A stretch of 64,000 nt of DNA. Source: Candidatus Hydrogenedentota bacterium (GTDB lineage Bacteria; Hydrogenedentota; Hydrogenedentia; Hydrogenedentales; JAEUWI01). A program made the translations under genes and the position numbers. The DNA lies in contig JACPGE010000004.1 of assembly GCA_016182605.1 (NCBI GenBank), forward strand, positions 1,402-65,401. The letters are read 5' to 3'. Under the pieces are notes generated by a model. The model made no database searches, had not been told where the DNA came from, and saw only the letters and a list, made by a program, of their open reading frames with translations. Below, piece after piece: positions 61,287 through 64,000 of this stretch; position 1 is the stretch's first letter; each line of letters opens with the position of its first letter.

Positions 61287-63074
61287 ATGCGCAAGAAACT
61301 CAAACTGCTCGGGGTGCACGGACTGGGCGACCACCGGACTTCTCCGTGGAAAGCAAAGTGGGAGGAGGCCATTCGCGGGTGCTTTCCCGCGGCGCCGGAA
61401 GAGGTGGAACTGGAATTCCACTTCATGACGTACGACGACATTTTTGAGAACGTGAACATCTCCATGGCCGATTCCCTGCTCGCCGTTGGCAAGCTTCTGC
61501 GCAGCGGCCTTTTCCGGCGGGAGTTGAGCGGAGCACGCGGTGTCAAAAAGGGCGGCCTGGATCACTGGCTGCGCTGGTATGCGGGCTATGTCGTTGCCTG
61601 GGTCCAAGACAAGGAGTTTCAGGGGCAAACCCGTGCAAAGCTGCTGGCCACATTGGAAGCGGTGAAGCCGGATATCCTGTTGGGGCATAGTCTTGGCTCC
61701 CTGGTCTCGTACAACACCCTGACCCATCCCGATGCGGGCAAAGCGCCCTTCCAGGCCATTCTCAAGAAACTGACCTATGTTAGCCTCGGTTCTCAACTGG
61801 GCAACGCCTTCGTCACACGCAACCTCAGCCCCGGCCGGCTGGAAATGCCGGCAGTACAGCGCTGGTTTCACCTCTACAACGGCGAAGACGACGTCTTCAC
61901 GGCCCCGATACGCCTGTGGGATCCGCGCTTCGAGCAGGTTGAGACCCCCTTCGATATCGAAGGCTTTGCCGATCACGATGCGGTGAAATATCTTAGCAAC
62001 CGGGCCACGGTCGTCCGGGTGTGGTCATCGGCGGCCGCGCGCTCCATGGCGCCTGACCTGAGCGCCGGTGCAGTGCGCAACGTGGAACCGCCCCTGGCGC
62101 GCGCAGCCCGTCCGGGAAAACGCGCGCCCCGCCGGCGGGCGCTCCTCGTGGGCATCAACGAGTATCCGGCGCAGGAAGACCGGCTCGAAGGCTGCGTGAA
62201 TGACACCTACCTGATGAGTTCCGTCTTGCAGGAATGCCATTTCGAGCCGGAAGACATACGCCTCTGCCTGAACGGCCGGGCCACGGCGGCGGGCATCCTG
62301 GAACGGCTGGAATGGCTGCTCGACGATCCCCGGCCCGATGACGAGCTGGTCTTTTACTACAGCGGTCACGGCGCGCAGTTGCCCACCTACGGACTGGGCG
62401 ATCAGGTGGACCGCAAGGACGAGACCCTGGTGCCCCACGACTTTGACTGGACAGTGGGCACGGCCATCAGCGACGATCGGATCTACAGCCTTTACGCTCA
62501 GCTCCCGTATGAGACCAGACTGGTGATGATCTTCGATTGCTGCCATTCGGGAGACATCCACCGTGCGGGCGGTGCGCGGGCGCGGGGCATCACGCCGCCA
62601 GATGACATTCGCCACAGGGCGATCCGCTGGAACGCGGAAATCGGCATGTGGGAGGACCGGGAAATGCGGAAGATCGCCGGGGACTTCTCTTCTGAAGGGG
62701 CGGTTAACACGCAGTATTTTGGCGCAGACCGGAGCACGCTTCGGCTGGGCCGGGCCGCTGCGCTTCGCGGGATCTCCCAGGAAAGCTATGCGGCACAGAA
62801 GGAATCGCAAAAAGGCCGGCCAGTGGGCCCTTATCTTCCGGTCATACTCGAAGCCTGTCAGGAAGCCGAGTTTGCCTATGAGTACCGCCACGGCGTGGAG
62901 AGTTTCGGCGCGTTCACCTTTGCGCTCGCCGCGACCCTTAGGAGAAAGAAATCCATCAGCTTCCGTACGCTGGTCGAGCAGGCTGCGCAGATCCTCTCGG
63001 ACCTGAATTATGCCCAGAAGCCTCAGATCCTCGGTCCGAACAAGATCCTGGATGCCAAGGTACCCTGGCGCTGA
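61287..63074 (+). CDS. Fusion protein: N-terminal alpha/beta-hydrolase (lipase-like GHSLGS nucleophile) and C-terminal caspase/metacaspase (C14) domain
   Basis: N-terminus has LLGVHGLGDH (oxyanion HG) and GHSLGS (GxSxG). C-terminus has the caspase motifs ALLVGINEY, YYSGHGAQ (His) and FDCCHSGD (Cys). Confidence 0.7.
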   Translation: MRKKLKLLGVHGLGDHRTSPWKAKWEEAIRGCFPAAPEEVELEFHFMTYDDIFENVNISMADSLLAVGKLLRSGLFRRELSGARGVKKGGLDHWLRWYAGYVVAWVQDKEFQGQTRAKLLATLEAVKPDILLGHSLGSLVSYNTLTHPDAGKAPFQAILKKLTYVSLGSQLGNAFVTRNLSPGRLEMPAVQRWFHLYNGEDDVFTAPIRLWDPRFEQVETPFDIEGFADHDAVKYLSNRATVVRVWSSAAARSMAPDLSAGAVRNVEPPLARAARPGKRAPRRRALLVGINEYPAQEDRLEGCVNDTYLMSSVLQECHFEPEDIRLCLNGRATAAGILERLEWLLDDPRPDDELVFYYSGHGAQLPTYGLGDQVDRKDETLVPHDFDWTVGTAISDDRIYSLYAQLPYETRLVMIFDCCHSGDIHRAGGARARGITPPDDIRHRAIRWNAEIGMWEDREMRKIAGDFSSEGAVNTQYFGADRSTLRLGRAAALRGISQESYAAQKESQKGRPVGPYLPVILEACQEAEFAYEYRHGVESFGAFTFALAATLRRKKSISFRTLVEQAAQILSDLNYAQKPQILGPNKILDAKVPWR

Positions 63075-63117
63075 CGGCCACGCCAAGGTGTGAACGATCA
63101 ACCGGCTTCACGAAAAA

Positions 63118-63151
63118 AGGCGCATAGCGGCATGGGCTGCCGCTATGCGCC
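63118..63151. terminator. Bidirectional intrinsic-terminator-like hairpin between convergent genes
   Basis: ggcgcatagcggc-atgggct-gccgctatgcgcc is a perfect 13-bp stem. Confidence 0.5.
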
Positions 63152-63173
63152 TCTGTGCAACACTTCGGGCGGT

Positions 63174-64000
63174 TTACCGGTACTGCTTGGGCTCGATGCC
63201 GTGCTTGCGCACGCGCAGGCCCATGAGCCGCTCGGTGAGCCCCAGCTCGCGGGCGGCCTTGGCCTTGTTGCCCTTGCCGGTTTTGAGGGCCTCGACCAGC
63301 ATCTCGCGCTCGACGCGCATCAGGGTGTCTTCGAGCGTGCCCTTCATCACCGTGTTCGAGGCTTCCGCAGTCTGAAGCGTGGGGGGGAGGTGGTGCCCGT
63401 GCACCACGTCGTCGTTGGTCAGCAGCACGGCGCGCTCCAGGCAGTTCTCCAGTTCCCGCACGTTGCCGGGCCAGTGGTAGCTCATGAGCATGTCGATGGC
63501 CGGCGTGGAAATGCGCCGCACGTACTTGTGGTTCTGCTTGCTGTATTTCTCCACGAAGAAGTTCGCCAGTTCCAGAATATCCGTGCGCCGTTCGCGCAGG
63601 GGCGGGATATGGATGGGGAAGACGTTGAGCCGGTAGTACAAATCCTGACGGAAACGCTCGTCCTTGATCATCTCTTCGAGATTGCGGTTCGTCGCCGTGA
63701 TAATGCGCACGTCCACTTTTACCGTGGCCGTGCCGCCGACGCGCTCGAACTCGCGTTCCTGAAGAACACGCAGCAGCCGCACCTGGGTTTGCGGCGCGAG
63801 ATCGCCGATTTCATCGAGGAAGATGGTGCCGCCGTGGGCCAGTTCGAAGCGGCCCTGGCGCTGTTGCACGGCGCCGGTGAAGGCGCCCTTTTCATGGCCG
63901 AACAGCTCGCTCTCGATCACCGATTCCGGCAGCGCCGCGCAGTTCACGCGAATGAAGGGCTTTGCCGCTCGGGGGCTGTTGTAGTGAATCGCGTGGGCAA
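63174..64000 (-). CDS. Sigma-54-dependent transcriptional activator (NtrC family), N-terminally truncated by the window end
   Basis: AAA+ sigma-54 interaction domain ([38 protein letters not shown]) and a C-terminal Fis-type HTH. The ORF runs off the window. Confidence 0.85.
   Translation of the reverse strand, partial: AHAIHYNSPRAAKPFIRVNCAALPESVIESELFGHEKGAFTGAVQQRQGRFELAHGGTIFLDEIGDLAPQTQVRLLRVLQEREFERVGGTATVKVDVRIITATNRNLEEMIKDERFRQDLYYRLNVFPIHIPPLRERRTDILELANFFVEKYSKQNHKYVRRISTPAIDMLMSYHWPGNVRELENCLERAVLLTNDDVVHGHHLPPTLQTAEASNTVMKGTLEDTLMRVEREMLVEALKTGKGNKAKAARELGLTERLMGLRVRKHGIEPKQYR

Overview
High-GC (about 65-70%) bacterial chromosomal window. The gene content resembles the Planctomycetes-Verrucomicrobia-Chlamydiae superphylum: a giant BlaR1-LRR-CarbopepD_reg membrane protein, DUF1080, DUF4838, a BNR sialidase-like protein, and a dockerin/TSP3-tailed secreted protease. 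That placement is inference only. About 50 genes are called. There is a long co-directional minus-strand housekeeping block from 3 kb to 18.5 kb (purB, purO, gnd, PPi-PFK, pdxB, SDR and others), a second one from 29 kb to 34 kb (lipB, HAD, thrC, hom, lipA), and dnaK and ald. Accessory content is interspersed: two type II TA modules (mazEF-like and hicBA, the latter bracketed by 40-bp direct repeats), a MinD-like ATPase/bactofilin/Zn-peptidase cluster, two tandem paralogous secreted trypsin-like proteases, and a BlaI/giant-BlaR1 pair. The most striking feature is a roughly 5-kb island at 49.6-54.8 kb. It is flanked by about 205-bp direct repeats that are a duplicated 5' fragment of a neighbouring gene. 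It carries a 1289-aa P-loop NTPase with an unassigned N-terminal domain and a C-terminal array of near-identical 102-bp tandem repeats, that is a STAND-like architecture and a candidate novel defence or signalling gene. The second most striking feature is a two-gene operon of caspase-fold proteases, a clostripain-like C11 peptidase plus an alpha/beta-hydrolase-metacaspase fusion, driven by a near-consensus sigma70 promoter. Many long ORFs in the six-frame track are high-GC antisense artefacts and were rejected.
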